From Cetorhinus maximus (lineage: Eukaryota), in assembly GCF_964194155.1 (NCBI RefSeq), contig NC_135907.1, forward strand, positions 15,934,001 to 15,998,000: a stretch of DNA of 64,000 nucleotides, written 5' to 3'. Under the pieces are notes generated by a model. That model worked only from the letters and a program-made list of their open reading frames with translations, was not told the DNA's origin and did no database searches. Both the position numbers and the translations under genes were made by a program. The number at the start of each line of letters is the position of its first letter. Positions within the stretch are counted from its first letter, which is position 1. This document shows positions 49,768-63,726 of the stretch, piece after piece.

Positions 49768-49993
49768 NNNNNNNNNNNNNNNNNNNNNNNNNNNNNNNNN
49801 NNNNNNNNNNNNNNNNNNNNNNNNNNNNNNNNNNNNNNNNNNNNNNNNNNNNNNNNNNNNNNNNNNNNNNNNNNNNNNNNNNNNNNNNNNNNNNNNNNNN
49901 NNNNNNNNNNNNNNNNNNNNNNNNNNNNNNNNNNNNNNNNNNNNNNNNNNNNNNNNNNNNNNNNNNNNNNNNNNNNNNNNNNNNNNNNNNNNN
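49768..49993. other. Assembly gap
   Basis: Run of N. Confidence 1.
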
Positions 49994-50899
49994 TCCCTCT
50001 CCTGGCCTAGGTTGGATTTTTAAAGATCTTCGACGGGAGAAGCAATTGTGTCTCGGACCTGCCTGACTGAAAGAATGAAATAAGGATGTTAAATTGCTGC
50101 TTCTTTTAATATGCTGTTCAGCTAAGGAGATTCCCATAGAAACAAGTTACGGTGAAAGCAGGATCTTGTTGTATGTTATGTCATGGACTTTTAAGCTACC
50201 TACCTGCTCTCCAGAAAAACCTCTGGCTATGTAACTAATAACTGGGGCAAGTAATTTGGCACATCAATAACTTATAAATACATAAGAAATAGGAACAGGT
50301 GCAGACCATTCAACACTTGGGGCCTGCACCTCCATTCAGTAAAAATATGGCTGATCTCTTCCACCTCAATTCTCGTCCAATCCTCATATCCCTCAATTCC
50401 TTTGGAACCCAAAAATCTATCGATCTCAGTGTTTGAATATATTTTGACTGAGCATCTGCATCTTCCTAGGGTAGAGGATTCCAAAGATTCACAGCTCTTT
50501 GAAGAAATTTCTCCTCATTTCAGTCCTAAATGGCCAACCCCTATTATGAGACTGTAATGCCTTTCTCAAATTACTCTTCTTCACCTAGCTTCTGCAAAGC
50601 AATTTTGGTGTTTTATTTTGTTAAAGGTGTTAGATAAATGCAGTGTCTGTTATGCAATGTACAGTTAATCTTGCTTCACCTGTATGTCATCTCTCTCTCT
50701 CACTTGAGGACAGTAATTTAAAAGTACTGATGTCTGGGAATGAATAACGAAGCAATGGCATTTACCATTGAAGCTAAACCTGCAGTAACACCTTTTTAAA
50801 TATTTTTAAAGATGTAATTAAATATCCTTTTTCATGAATCTAATTAATTTGGGAATGTTTATCACAGGTATCAAATTTGGCATCATTTTCATAGAAGAG

Positions 50900-51450
50900 A
50901 GTGGAATTATAGAATGGATACTGCACCAAAAAAGGCCATTCTGTCCAACAAGTCAGTGCCATGTCAGACCCAGAGTAGATCAGCTAGTCCCACTCCCCCT
51001 GCCTTTTCCCCGAAGCCCTGCAATTTTTCTTCTCTTCAGATAATTATCTAAAACCTTTTTGAAAGTCAAGATTGAATCTACCTCACCCACACACTCAGTC
51101 AATGCATTCCGGATCCTAAATACTTGCTGCATACATATGATTTTCCCCGTCTCTCCTTTCATTCTTTTGCCACTCACCTTAAATTGGTGCCCTCTGGTTC
51201 TTGACTCTTCTGCCATTGAGAACGGTTTCTCTCTATCTATTCTGTCCAGATCCGTCACGGTTTTGATCACCTGTATCAACTCTCCTCTCAATCTTCTCTA
51301 AGAACAGCTCCAGTTTCTCCAGTCTATCCATGTAACATATCCACATGTCTCATCCCTGGAATCATTCTTGTAAATATTTTCTGCATCCTCTCTAATGTAT
51401 TCACATCCTTCCCAAAGTGTGGTGCCCAGAATAGGCCACAATACTCAAGT
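50900..51450 (-). mobile_element. CR1 LINE 3' fragment, second subfamily (similar copies about 20085-20445, 27840-28155)
   Basis: RGELIQVIK..DRIDREKPFSMAEESRTRGHQFK. Confidence 0.8.
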
Positions 51451-51874
51451 CGGGGCCCATTTTATGAACAGACTAACCTCCAGTAAGATGGAATTCCACG
51501 GACACCAGTTACTTTCGAGTCCCTCATCCAATACTCATCCTTTATGTATAAGTCTAGCAACAACCTATTGGCAAGCTATTTAACCATGGATGGCATCACA
51601 GACTAGCCTGATCCTCTTCTCAACTGACAACACAGCAAATTTTAAGAAAAACAGGATAGGACCACTGGATAGTGAGGGAGACTAATTTGGTAATGTTTAT
51701 CCCAGATATCAGATTTGGCATCCTTTTGATTTTGTATCCATTGCTACTGATTTTATTTTAGCATTTTTGTTTTATACATGTTGGCTTCATAATCAGGGAA
51801 TTGGCAGACTGTGTGAAGGAACTGAATTATCAAACACAAGTAAACATTTGATAAAATACTCTTTTTTTGTCAGA

Positions 51875-52790
51875 TCATAAGAATTAGGAGCAGGAGTAGG
51901 TCATTCAGCCCTTCAGCCTGCTCCACCATTCAGTAAGATCATGGCTGATCAGATTGTGGCCTTAACTCCACTTTCCTGCCTGGCCCAACACATCACCCCC
52001 CACCTCAATAACCCTTGACTGCCTTGTATTTCAAAAATCTAACTCAGCTTTGAATATATTCAACGACCCATCCTCAATGACCCCCTCATCTCCGTGGAAG
52101 AGAATTCCAAAGACGAATGACCCTCTGAGAGAGGAAATTCCTCCTCATCTCGATCTTGAATGGGAAACCCCTTATTTTGAAACTGTGCCCCCTGGTTCTG
52201 GACTCTCCCATGCAGAGAAACATCCTCTCAGCATCTAACCTGTCAAAGGCCCCCTCAGAATCTTAAATGTTTCAATAAGATCACCTCTTGTTCTTCTAAA
52301 CTCCAATGGATACAGGCCCAATCTGCTCAACCCTTTCTCATAAGACATTCCTTTTGTCTTGGGAATCAGCTTAGTAAACCTTCTCTGAACTGATCCCAAT
52401 GCAAGTACATCCTTAAGTAAGGAAACCAAAACTGTACACAGTACTCTAGGTGTGATCTCACCAGTGCCCTATACAGTTACACCGAGACTTCCCTACTTTT
52501 ATACTCTATCCCCCTTGCAATAAAGCCCCACATTCCATTTGCCTTCCAAATTTCTTGCTGTACCTGCATGCTGACTTTTTGTGATTCATGTACAAGGACA
52601 CCCAGGTCCCTCTGCACTGCAGCATTCTGCAGTCTCATTGAAATAATATTCTGCTTTTCTATTCTTTCCGCCAAAGTGGACAACCTCACATTTTCCTACA
52701 TCATACTCCATCTGCCATAGCTTTGCCCACTCATAACCTATCAATATCCCTTTGTAGATCCTTTTCTATCCTCCTCACAACTTATCCAGC
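51875..52790 (-). mobile_element. CR1 LINE 3' fragment
   Basis: QRDLGVLVHESQK, LEFRRTRGDLIETFKIL. Confidence 0.85.
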
Positions 52791-52929
52791 CATTGTAAAT
52801 ATCAACCCACCTGTCCCGATTTCGAGGTGTATGTTCGTTCTTCTCTCCCTTTCTGTGGCCTGCCTGCGCACCACACGCCATTCCATAGAGAAGATACTTT
52901 ATAATTGAAAGCTAGGGGCCACAAGCCCC

Positions 52930-53600
52930 TTATGCAATCCCTCGGAATCAGGGGTGACTTGCTTCCACTCCAGTTCAATGGCTGATAAGGCGAATGTGCG
53001 ATCTGCAGATTCCGTCACGTGCGGGGCTTGAAGGGTTGGATAAATGGGTTATTTGGAGTTTGTACACTCCCTCCAATGCCTCGACATACCCTCAGCAAGT
53101 TCCTGATGAAGTCTCTCGATGTGTTTGGTGCTTTCCAAGATGAGCCTTTACCATTTTGGTTAGTCACAAGCCAGGGTCTCCCATGAGTCGGCAGGTATGT
53201 TTGACCTCTTCAGAGATGCTTTGAGGACATCCCCAAAGCATTTCCATGGTCTTCCTGGGAGTCTTCTGCTGCAATCGAGTTCCGAGTAGAGCAGTTCCGC
53301 CATGTCCCGTAGACATGTCCTGTCCAGCGCAGCTGGTTTTGAGTGATTCGCACCTTGATGCTGGGCAAGTTGGCTTGGGAAAGGACACAATTGTTGCACT
53401 GCCATTCTTGCCACCGGATTTGGAGGATCTTGCAAAGGCACTGCTGGTGGGACGTCTCCAGTGCTCAAGGTGCCTGCTGTAGGTCATCCAAGTCTCCGAA
53501 ACATATAGGAGCATGGGAATCCTTACAACCCAGTAAACTATAACTTTAGTCTTGGGTTTGAGATCCTAGTTCTTAAATACTCTTTTCCTCAGTCTGCTAA
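52930..53600 (-). mobile_element. RTE-clade LINE 3' fragment
   Basis: LLYVSETW, LRWTGHV-like segment, ELLYSEL..RRLPGRP..F.DVLKASLK...WETLA.D are typical of the RTE/BovB/Expander C-terminus. Confidence 0.8.
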
Positions 53601-54179
53601 AGGCCGCAAGTATGATATTTATGAATAAATTCAATATGGAATTCAGGAGAAACTTGTTTACTTAGAGAGTGGTAAGAATGTGGAACTCACTACAACAGGG
53701 AGTAGTTGAGGTGAATAGCATAGATGTATTTAAGGGAAAGCTAGATAAGTACATGTGGGAGAAAGGAATAGAAGAATATTCTGGTATGGTTAGGTGAAGT
53801 AGTAGTGAGCTCATGTGGAACAGAAGCTTAAAATAGACCAGTTGGACTAAATGACCTGTTTCAGTGCAGTAACTTCTATGTAGTCACTTGTTTGGGAGAA
53901 TTAGTAACTTTCTCCTCACTGTAAAGCTGCAAGTTCCTCAGTTAGCTAAACAGACCAGAGGTCAATAACATACCATGCTTGATCACAGTCTTTGCTGAGT
54001 TACTTAATCTTGGGAGCGTGACAACGAGAGGGCTTGAGGTTAGATGTGGAGGATGGTGTGGTGGGGGAGAGAGAGTTCATCTAGGGTTCACATCTGATCA
54101 ATGTTAATACGATGAGGTAGATAGAAACTATTTCTGCTGGTTGGGACATAGTCAATATGACTCTGCAGAACCATTCTGA

Positions 54180-54280
54180 ATGTTCTGAATAGTCATATTC
54201 AACTCGCAAGGTTAACTCTGTTTCTCCCTCTACAGATGCTGCAAGGCCTGCTGAGTATTTCCAGCACTTTCTGTTTTTTA
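54180..54280 (+). mobile_element. Penelope-like terminal-repeat fragment
   Basis: Degenerate copy GTTCTGAATAGTCATATTCAACTCGCAAGGTTAACTCTG... Confidence 0.6.
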
Positions 54281-56349
54281 CGCCTACAGACCAGGTTGTT
54301 GGTCTGTCCTCTGACCAATGTTCAGTGCAAGGAGATATACGAGAGCACCATAGACTGACTGCCACTGCCCTTTCATTTTTTTTTTCCTCTGACTTTCCAC
54401 CCCACTCCTCCCCTGCCATCAAAAAGTAAATACGTTACACCTCATGCCAATACAATTGAGATTAAGAACATGCCATGTTGATAATCCCAGGTACGAATCC
54501 TTAAACTGGCACCTGCCGTGCCTCAGATATTATACCGTCCAATTCAGACTCTTACCTGTGCTGGCCTTACAACATTGCAGGTAAACCTTCCAACTGCAAC
54601 GAACCATTGTTTAGTCTAGATCTATATTCAGGAGGGTTGACTGCAACAGCAGGGGCCAGGTGTTCGAGAGTCCTTCCAAAAAGACCAGGAAAGTAGGAAT
54701 TAAGCCTTTTTGTAATTGGGACTATCTCGTTAAGACCAGCAACATTTACCTCATCAATTATTCCCAGTTCTCTGTCTAACTAAATTTGAACAATTAAACA
54801 GAATTGATGTCTGGAAAAGGGCTAGTCTGCACAATAGTTGATTTAAGCCTCTGTGGTCTTAATTCTCATTAGCTTTGTGTGTGTCTGTGTGTATGTGCAC
54901 ACGCAATAGATGATGACAAGGTGCTCCAAAATAAATTTGGAAAACAAAAAAAAATGACTCAATTTCTCGTTTGGGTTGTGTATCCATGGCTCTGGTTGAG
55001 GGTATCGTGGACCTGCTCCAAAGTTAGGTATCAGAAGCTTGAGAAAAAGCCATTCCCGTATCGAGATTAAGATCACACGGAAATCACTGTGGATTCAGCT
55101 GCAAAACAGGTGGCATTACCATAATTCCAGAAGCTGCTCTGGTTCTTCTCGTTATGCCCCAATAAATTAAGGCACTGCCTTAAAGCATCAGACTGTGCAG
55201 ATGATAAGTTTTATTGCTGATCTGTGGTGAGTTGGCTGATCTTGGCTTGGATAACAGTTGGCGTCATTCTTCCTAAACAGAAGAAGAGTCGACCAGGGTC
55301 CCAGTCTAGAGTTGCCAATCTACCAGGAGTGGCCTGGAATCTCCAGGACATTGCTGTGCAATCTGGGAGAAAAATCACAGGGACATTAAAAAAAGATTGG
55401 GTTTTTTTGGGGTTTTTTTTTCGAACATTCCTCTACCAGGTATAAAATATTGAAGAGGGGGGCAAAAAAGGCTGTTTGGTTGATTGCCAATCATATCCAA
55501 TTGGGCAATGAGTCTTTTTGCCTTCCAATTGGCGTAGGAAGGCAGTGCATTACAAGGATGGATGTGTTGACTGAATAATGGTTGGAATGTGGGGGAAAGT
55601 CATGTGATGAAACTGCCAGGAATACATTTAATCTCAGTTGGAACATTATCCATCTGGTGAAAATGACAATGTTGGCTGTAATGCTCTCTGTAATGTTGGA
55701 CAGTTTGCTGGCGGTGACCATCTAGGCTCAAACCAATAGCCAAAGTAGTGAAGACACTGGAAGACTGTCAGTCTCCCTGGTACCACAAAAGCACACTAGG
55801 CAGAAAATGAATAACTAATGTCCGAACCAATTGGCAGTTGCAGCACAATGTTTGCACGCGACAATGCTGCAACCTTAGCACTCTTGCCTTAAATGGGATG
55901 TTGTTTTGGGATCATAAGGCACTTGTTTTAGGATATAGACATGAACGTGACATGCAGTCCCGGCTTCCTGAGCAATAACTCAAAATCGTGCCAAGGGATC
56001 TTTTACGTTTACCCAAGCAGGCAGAAATGGAGCCTCAGTCTGATTCCTCATCTGAAAGACAGCACCTCTGACAGTGCTGCACTCCCGCAGTACTGTGCTG
56101 GAGTGTCGGCTTGGTTTTTGTGCACAAGGCCTGGAGGGAACTGTCAATCCAGTCAACCCTGCAGCAGAGATGTTAAAAAAACTGAAAATCACTAAAGAAA
56201 TGCAAATCTTGTATGGTTTATTTATTAGTAGTGCCTATCTTTAAAAAAAAGGGGGCGGGGGGCTTTTTTTGTCTGTCTTTGATGACACTGGGACTCCATC
56301 CCAGTGTCCCCTTACGGCTTAACTAAGATAAAGGCCTGAGGGGCAAGGG

Positions 56350-56690
56350 GTTTCAAAGATGGCGGCGCAGCGATGGCAACACACGCAGACAATTGCCCCG
56401 CAATGGTGTCATTTCCGGTATGTTGACGTCACAACGCCCCCGCCCCCACCGTGCGACGCAATTGCCGGCAAGATGGTGGCGCCCATGGTCTGAAAACGCT
56501 AGAAGAATCTGGAAAGGTGGAGAATCCTCGGTGAGGGTGATAGCGGGGCGAGTGCCCGTACGGCCGGAACGGAAACCGTGCGAGGGAGTCCGGGCGAGTG
56601 GGTAAGGGGCGCGCCGATAAACTGCAACGGCGCTTTTAACGGGGCTGCCACCAGTAACGGTCTGGGGGGCGGCCATTTTGAGGCATGTTG
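56350..56690 (+). promoter_or_regulatory. HSPBP1: CpG-island promoter and non-coding first exon of HSPBP1
   Basis: CpG-rich, with YY1 AAGATGGCGGC (56356-56366), ETS TTTCCGG, CRE TGACGTCA (56424-56431) and reverse YY1 GCCATTTTG (56672-56680). Donors G|GTGAGG (56530) and G|GTAAGG (56601). The next coding exon downstream is HSPBP1. Confidence 0.7.
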
Positions 56691-56989
56691 TTGATGGCAG
56701 GTGCCATTGTGGCTGGTTGGCCGGCATTTCAGCTTTTGCATGCGGGTAACTCAGCTCAGTAACGGCCTGGGTGGGGGAAACATCACTGGCAATGCTATTT
56801 ACAGAGCGCTGCCAATTCCCCCCCCCCATCCTCCTCCCCCACCCCCCCCCCGCCCCCCAATGGGAAGGCAAATTAAACAGGTGCATTCTGACAAGTTGGC
56901 CTCTCATTATAATCAGAAGCGTCAGAGCAGCATATTGCTTCTACACTGGGGACTGTCCTGAGCTAAATGGATTTTATTTTTGTTGGGGT

Positions 56990-57645
56990 GGAACTAAGCT
57001 CAAAACAAGGGGAGAGGGTGGTGTATGAAAACAGGGAGTCTTGCCCCCAACTGTACAGCGTGTTGGTGGGACCACACCTGGAGTATTGTGAACAGTTTTG
57101 GCCTCATTTATGTGGGTGGGGGTGGGGAGGAGAGATATACTTGTACTGGAGGCAGCTTGAAGAAGGTTCACTAAGTTGATTGCTAGGGTGAAGGTGTTGT
57201 CTTATGAAGAAGGGTTGAACAGGTTCGCCCTATGCTCACTAGAGTTTAGAAGAATGAGAGGTGATCTTATTGAAGCATATAAGATTCTGAAGGGGCTTGA
57301 CAGGCTGGATGCTAAGAGGATGTTTCCTCTGCGGAATCTAGAACTAGGAGGTACAGTTTACAAATAACAGGGTTCCCAATTAAGACAGAGATGAGGAAGA
57401 GTTTCTTTTGAGAGTCGTTAGTCTTTGGAACTCTCCTCAGAGAGCAGTGGAGGCTGGGGCATTGAATATGTTTGGGGCTGAGATAGACAGATTTTTGATC
57501 TACAGGGGAGTCAAGAATTATTGAGGAAGGAGGGAAGGCAGGAAAGTGGAATTGTGGCCATGATCAGATCATCCATGATCTTAATGATTGGTAATGAAAG
57601 GCTTGAGGGGCCAAGTGGCTTACTCCTGCTTTTTATTTCTTATGT
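56990..57645 (+). mobile_element. CR1 LINE 3' fragment
   Basis: PHLEYCEQFWP, SLEFRRMRGDLIEAYKIL, CR1 3'UTR. Confidence 0.85.
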
Positions 57646-57989
57646 AGCTATTCCATTTCAGGAGGCTAGGTATAACAATTGGCTGAGAGAAGCCTGAATT
57701 GAGACTGTCATTGTTTGAAATCAGGAAGCATTTTTTTCCACACAAGCCGGAGTAGGCATCTTCTCCTCTCTGTGCTCTATCTATGGGAGGCTAAATGATC
57801 AGGCAAAACAGATGAAAACCTATCCCATGATTTGAGCCAAGAAGATTCAAAGAAGATGAAATCGGTGTAGGACTGGGTACTTAAAGCTGAGAAGGAACAA
57901 TGGATAGAATTTTGAGAAATAAGGGTCTTGCTTTTGAAGATTGAAAGATGTACTGAGCGAGGTATTCAAGATGAAGAGCAATTCGATTG

Positions 57990-59175
57990 AGTAGATAGAA
58001 ATGGTGTCAATGCGGTGTATATGGATTTTCAAAAGGCATTTGACACTGTGCCACACAACAGACTTGTGAGCAAAATTCTAGGTCATGGAATAAAAGGGAA
58101 TGTAGACACTTGGATAAGAAATTGGCTGAGTGACAGGAAACATAGAGTAGTGATAAATTATGGTTTTTCAGATTGGAGGAAGGTTTGCAGTGGAGTTCCC
58201 CAGAGACCAGTCTTGGGACCCTTGCTCTTCCTGATATATATTAATGATCTAAACTGTGGTGTGCAGGGCATGATTTCAAATTTTGATATGAAGATTGGAA
58301 ATGTCAACTGTAATGAGGATATTCTTCAACTTCAAAAGGATATAAACATGATGGTGGCTTGGGCAGACAAGTGGCAGATGAAGTTCAATGCAGAGAAGTG
58401 TGAGGTATTCGTTTTGGCAAGAAGAATATGGTGGTACAGTATAAAATAAAGGGAGAGCCTCTAAAGAAGGTGCAGGAACAGAGGGACATCAGTGTATATG
58501 TACATAGGCCATTGAAGATGGCAGGGCATGTTGAGAGAGCAGTTACTAAAGCATACAGTATCTTAGGCTTTATTAATAGCGGCATTGAGTACAAGAGTAA
58601 GGAGGTCATGTTGAACTTGTATAAGACATTAGCTAGGCCTCATCTGGAGTACTGCGTCCAGTTCTGGGCACCATACTTGAGGAAGGATGTGAAGGCATTG
58701 GAGAGAGTACAGAGGAGATTCACAAGAATGATTCCAGGGTTAAAGCGCTGTAGCTATGATGATAGATTGGAGAGGTTGGAACTGTTTTCCTCGGAGAAAA
58801 GAAGGCTGAGAGGGGATTTGATAGCGGTATTCAAGATCCTGAGGGGTAGATAGTGAGAAACTGTTCCCACTCAAGAGAGCATCAAGAACTAGAGGGCACA
58901 GATTCAAATTAATTGGCAAAGGGAGTAAATGTGATGTGAGGAAAAACTTTTTCAACCAGAAGGTGGTTGGAGTCTGGAACGAATTTTCTGAAAGGATGGT
59001 GGAGGCAGGTTCAATCAAGGTATTGAAAAGGGAATTGGACTCCTACCTAAAAAGAGAGAATGTGCAAGGTTACGGGGATAAGGCAGGGGAGTGGGGGCGA
59101 GGTGGAATGCTCACTCAGAGCCAGTGCAGATTCGATGGGCCAAATGACCACCTTCTACACTCTAAAGATTCTGTG
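57990..59175 (+). mobile_element. CR1 LINE ORF2 RT fragment (frameshifted)
   Basis: YMDFQKAFDTVPH, SGVPQ..LGPLLFLIYINDL, WQMKFNAEKC, RPHLEYCVQFWAPY, RRLRGDLI. Confidence 0.93.
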
Positions 59176-62100
59176 GTTCTCTGGGGAAATCAAGGACAAG
59201 AGAACATTATTAGGCAATTTAAGAGAAAGCTCAGAAGGTAGTAGAAATCTGGAGCTCTCTCCCCCAAGAAGCTTTGGAGTGCTAGAAGCTGAGGTAAGGG
59301 CATCAAGAAAAATGGAGGGGAAATCAATTTGAGGTACAGACCAGTTAAAATCTATTTGAATGTTGGAGCAAGCCTGACCCCTGAGGGGATCAATGACCTT
59401 TTCTTGTTCCTGCGTTCAAAGGTAGCAGTTCAATTGACATAAAATAACAGAAATGATGAGTGATGGGACGTATCGGAAGCTCATAGGATTCCATGGACCT
59501 CAATGTGAGAACCTGCGTTTGAAATTATTGACTCCATATTAAGAAAGGTGGTTTACATTTATGTAGCCCTTTGTCATGTCCACAGGCACCCAAAGTGTGC
59601 AAACAGTCAATCTGTTAGTTTCGAAGCATAGCCCTGGTTCTGTGTAGGGAATTGGAGCAGCCTACTGTGCACACTGAATGAGCTGACGAAGCAGATGGAG
59701 CCTTGGTTTGGTGCCCAGTCTCCTAAGGACTGTGATAAATTATGCGCTTAAGACTGGGGCTTGGACTGGTCATCTTCTGGTATGAGTGTTACCAACGGAG
59801 CCAAGTTAATTGAGACTCAGAATAACACTGGTAGGAATTACACCCTGACATGTTATGTTCTTACTTCTCTGCACATGATTTCATTTATTGAGACTTTTTT
59901 TACCTGAAGGCATAAGAATGGGAATATTATTCATTCTGCATGTTATTGTGTCACCTTTGTAATTTTCTGGGTGTTTTTGTTTTGCTAAAAATAGCAAAAC
60001 AAATTTTGTAAATGTGAGCGGGACCATTCTGAAATCTAGGCATCGGTGCAGCTCACATTGAAAATGATTTTTTTTGCCAGTTTTCTCCCTTCCTTTACCC
60101 GGTTACTGTTCCACTAACCCACCAGTTGCCCTCCATTGCTTTGCCCAAGTGGCAGGTGTGAACCCAAGCTATTGGCACTGGCAGGCTGTTTGAGCACAGG
60201 GGCCTCACTGCGAAACTTGAGCCTGATCCCAGTTGACATTGGGACATGCGCACCTTCCAACAGCATCACTGCCTCTGTTTCTTTTCTCCCCTGCCACCTT
60301 GCCAGACAATTTTGGTGCCTTTCATGTCGTTCTGCTGACCGTAGTTTAGGGATCAGAACTCGGACACACCTGATCTGTAATACCAGGCAATTTATCTGCT
60401 GTGCCTTGATGATGAGGAAGGGAGACTTCTGGTGTTATACCCTGGAAATATATTCCTTGCGGTATTTAGAGTTATTATGACAAGAGGTGGCCATTCTGCC
60501 CATTGAGTCCATGGCAGCTCTCTGTACAGCAGTGAGGTAAGAGTGACTGCCTTTAACATCAAGGCAGCATTTGACTGAGTATGGTATCAAGGAGCCCTAG
60601 CAAGGAATGTGATGCAATACTCTCCACTTGGATGAGTGCAGCTCCAGCAACACTCAAGAAACTTGACACTATCCAGGACAAAGCAGCCTGCTTGATTGGC
60701 ACCCTACCCGCAAACATTCACTCCCTCCACCACCGACGCAGCAGTGTGTACCATCTACAAGGAACTCACCAAGACTCCTTAGACAGCAACTTCCAAATCC
60801 ACGACCGCTACCATCTAGAAGGACAAGGTCAGCAGACACATGGGAACATCACCACCTGGAAGTTTCCAAATCACTGACCATCCTGACTTGGAAATATATC
60901 GCCGTTCCTTCACTGTCACTGGGTCAAAATCCTGGGTTTCCTCTCTAACAACACTGTGTGTGTGTACCTACACTATATGGACTGCAGCGGTTCAAAGTGG
61001 CGGCTCACCATCATCTTCTTGAGATCAATTATGGATGTGCATTAAATGCTGGTCCAGCCAGTGATGCCCACATCCGATGAATGATTTTTTTTTTAAAAAG
61101 TCCAGTAAGTCCTGTTGCCCCACTCTATCCCTGTAGCTCTGCAAGTTTATTCCCCTCAAGTGCCTGATTGCCTTTTGAAATCACTGAATTATCTCTGCTT
61201 CCACCATCCTCCTAAGCAGCAAGTTCCAGGTAATTACCACTCGCTGCACTAAAAAATTTCTTTCTCACATCCCCAGTACATCTCTTACCCAAAACCATAA
61301 ATTAGCGTCCCCTAGTCCTTGTACTATCAGCTGTTGGGAATTTTTCTTTGTCTGTCTCATCTAAATGTGTTATAATTTTCTTCACATCCACCAAACGCCC
61401 CACCAATCTACTTCGTTCACAATTCTTTAAACTTAGAGAATGGCACATAAAGCTGTTAAAACTACTTCAGTTCCATCATTGGAGGAAACCTATATGGCGT
61501 TTCCTGTGCTTTGATCACCTCAGAGTTACGTGGCTTGCTTCTTGGTGTAGCTTTTTCCATACTCAACATTTCACGTGTGGGTCAAAATAGAGACAAAAAT
61601 GCTGGAAATACACAGCAGGTCACACTGCGTTTTAACAAAATTTCTTCTTTTATCAGATGTGGGTGTCACTGGCAAGGCTACCATTTGTTGCCCATCCCTA
61701 AGTGCCCCTTGAGAAGGTGAGCCGCCGCCTTGAACAGCTGCAGTCCATATGGTGTAGGTACAGCCACAATGCTATTGGGGAAGAGAGTTCCAGGATTTTG
61801 ATCCTGTGACAGTGAAGGAGTGGTAATATGGTTCCAAGTCAGGGTGGTGTGTGGCTTGGAGGGAAGCTTGCAGGTGGTGGTGTTCCCCTGCATCTGCTGC
61901 CCTTGTCCTTCTAGGTGGTAGAGGTCACAGGTATGGAAGGTGCTGTCAAAGGAGCCTTGATGAGTTGCTGCGGCGCATCTTTTAGGTGATGCACACTGCT
62001 GCCACTGTGAATCAGTGGTGGAGGGAGTGGTGTTTACGGTGGTGCCAATCAAGCGGGCTGTTTTGTCCTGGATGGGGTCGAGCTTCTTGAGTGTTTTTGG

Positions 62101-63296
62101 AACTGCACTCATCCAGGCAAGTGGGGTGTGTTCCGTCATACTCCAGCCTTGTGTCTTGTGGACAGGCTTTGGGGAGTCAAGAGGTGAGTTACTCGCTGTA
62201 GGATTCTTAGCCTCTGACCTGCCCTTGTAGCCAAATGGCTGGTCCAGCTCAGTTTCTGATCAGTGGCAACCCCCCAGAATGTTGATATTGGGGATTTGAC
62301 GACGGTAATGCCATTGATTGTCAAGGGGAGATGGTTGGATTCTCTGTTGTTGAAGATGGTCATTGCCCTGCACTTTTTTCTATAAAGAAGTAATGATGTT
62401 ACGGATGTACAACGCTGTTCCAATGCAGTGGACATGCCTTCACGTTTGCTAACATACCTGCTGTGTATATTGCTGTTTTACTTGCAATGCCTGTGTAAAT
62501 GTTTGTTTGGGTATCTGGGCATAGGAAAGTAAAGATGAGACAAGACCATCATGTCCATCGACATCACCGTGTTCACTTGCCAGCACAGCCCTCGTGCGCC
62601 ACCCTCCCTGCCTGCCAGTAACACTAACTCACTAATGAAAACTGAGACAATTCCTGTACAACAATGGGCCACCCCACCTCAATAAAGTGGTGGAACAAAT
62701 TTGGTGCAACACAATGTTTTCCTCATGTACACTGGTTGCTTCAATGAAACACCAAAATAAAATCTGCTGGAAATCTGAAATAAAAATTAGAAAATAGTGC
62801 AAATACTTAGCAGGTCAGACAGCATCTGTGGAGAGAGAAACAGGTTGATGATCTTTCGTTGGAGATGATTTTGTTTATTCTTTCATGGGATGTGGGCGTT
62901 GCTGGCGAGGCCAGCATTTGTTGCCCATCTCTGATTGCCCCTGAACTGAGTGACTTACTAGGCCATTTCAGAGTCAACCACATTGCTGTGGTTCTGGAGT
63001 CATGGTCACCATCACTAAGACTAGCTTTCAATTTCAGATTTTATTAATTGAATTTCAATTCCACCAGCTGCCATGGTGGGATTTGAACCCATGGCCCCAG
63101 AGTATTGGCCTGGGCCTCTGGATTACCAGTGATATTACCACTACACCACCATTTCCCCATGATGCAGTGAGGAAAAAAAGACGAGATGATTCTGCTTTTC
63201 CCATTCGCACGTCCTGAGTATTTCCAGCATTTTCTACGTTGTTTTAATAATTATACTGTTGATCTTTGTTTTCTTCCAGATTGAGGTTTCTTTAAA

Positions 63297-63422
63297 ATGG
63301 CGGAAGGTGGATCTGAGAGAAACAGGCAGCATCCCAACAATCTGCAGGGTCTGCTGAGACTTGCAGTGGAGGCAGGGTCAGTGGGAGACACAGCCCCTGA
63401 AGTGCATCCCATGCCAGAAGAA
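63297..63422 (+). CDS. HSPBP1: HSPBP1 (Hsp70-binding protein 1) first coding exon, MAEGGSERNRQHPNNLQGLLRLAVEAGSVGDTAPEVHPMPEE; gene continues beyond the window
   Basis: Acceptor TTCCAG at 63279, AAAATGG start, donor GAA|GTGAGT. Matches the Fes1/HSPBP1 motif PxNLQGLLxxAxxAG...PMxEE. Confidence 0.9.
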
Positions 63423-63693
63423 GTGAGTGTGATTTTACTTGACCCACCTCCCTTTCCACACCACACCCGATTGTTCACTTTTCAGAAGGTATTGCAAAGT
63501 TAGGCAGATCGGATGGCTTAGCACTCGATCCCTGGCCTCTACCGAGCTAGCTGCTGTTAGTCTGGGTAGCAGTAAAACAAAAATACAGCAAGACAGGCAC
63601 TGCAACTGTGGAGAGAAGTGGCAAGTTATCGCTCAGGCGACCATTAGAGTGAAGCCTTACTTGCTGAATGTTTCCAAGATTTACTGTTCATTC

Positions 63694-63695
<2 letters not shown>

Positions 63696-63724
<29 letters not shown>
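63696..63724. repeat. (GT)n microsatellite
   Basis: Seen directly. Confidence 0.95.

Positions 63725-63726
<2 letters not shown>

Noticed and set aside
48188-50830. KMT5C polyadenylation site
   Set aside because: I saw no clear AATAAA. Only variants (e.g. ATTAAA near 50817) are visible and a gap may hide the true signal.
56353-56907. 184-aa minus-strand ORF
   Set aside because: GC-rich promoter sequence poor in stop codons; no recognisable protein.
58015-58853. RT ORFs as a functional or domesticated reverse transcriptase
   Set aside because: Frameshifted, 5'-truncated CR1 with the YADD/FADD region damaged.
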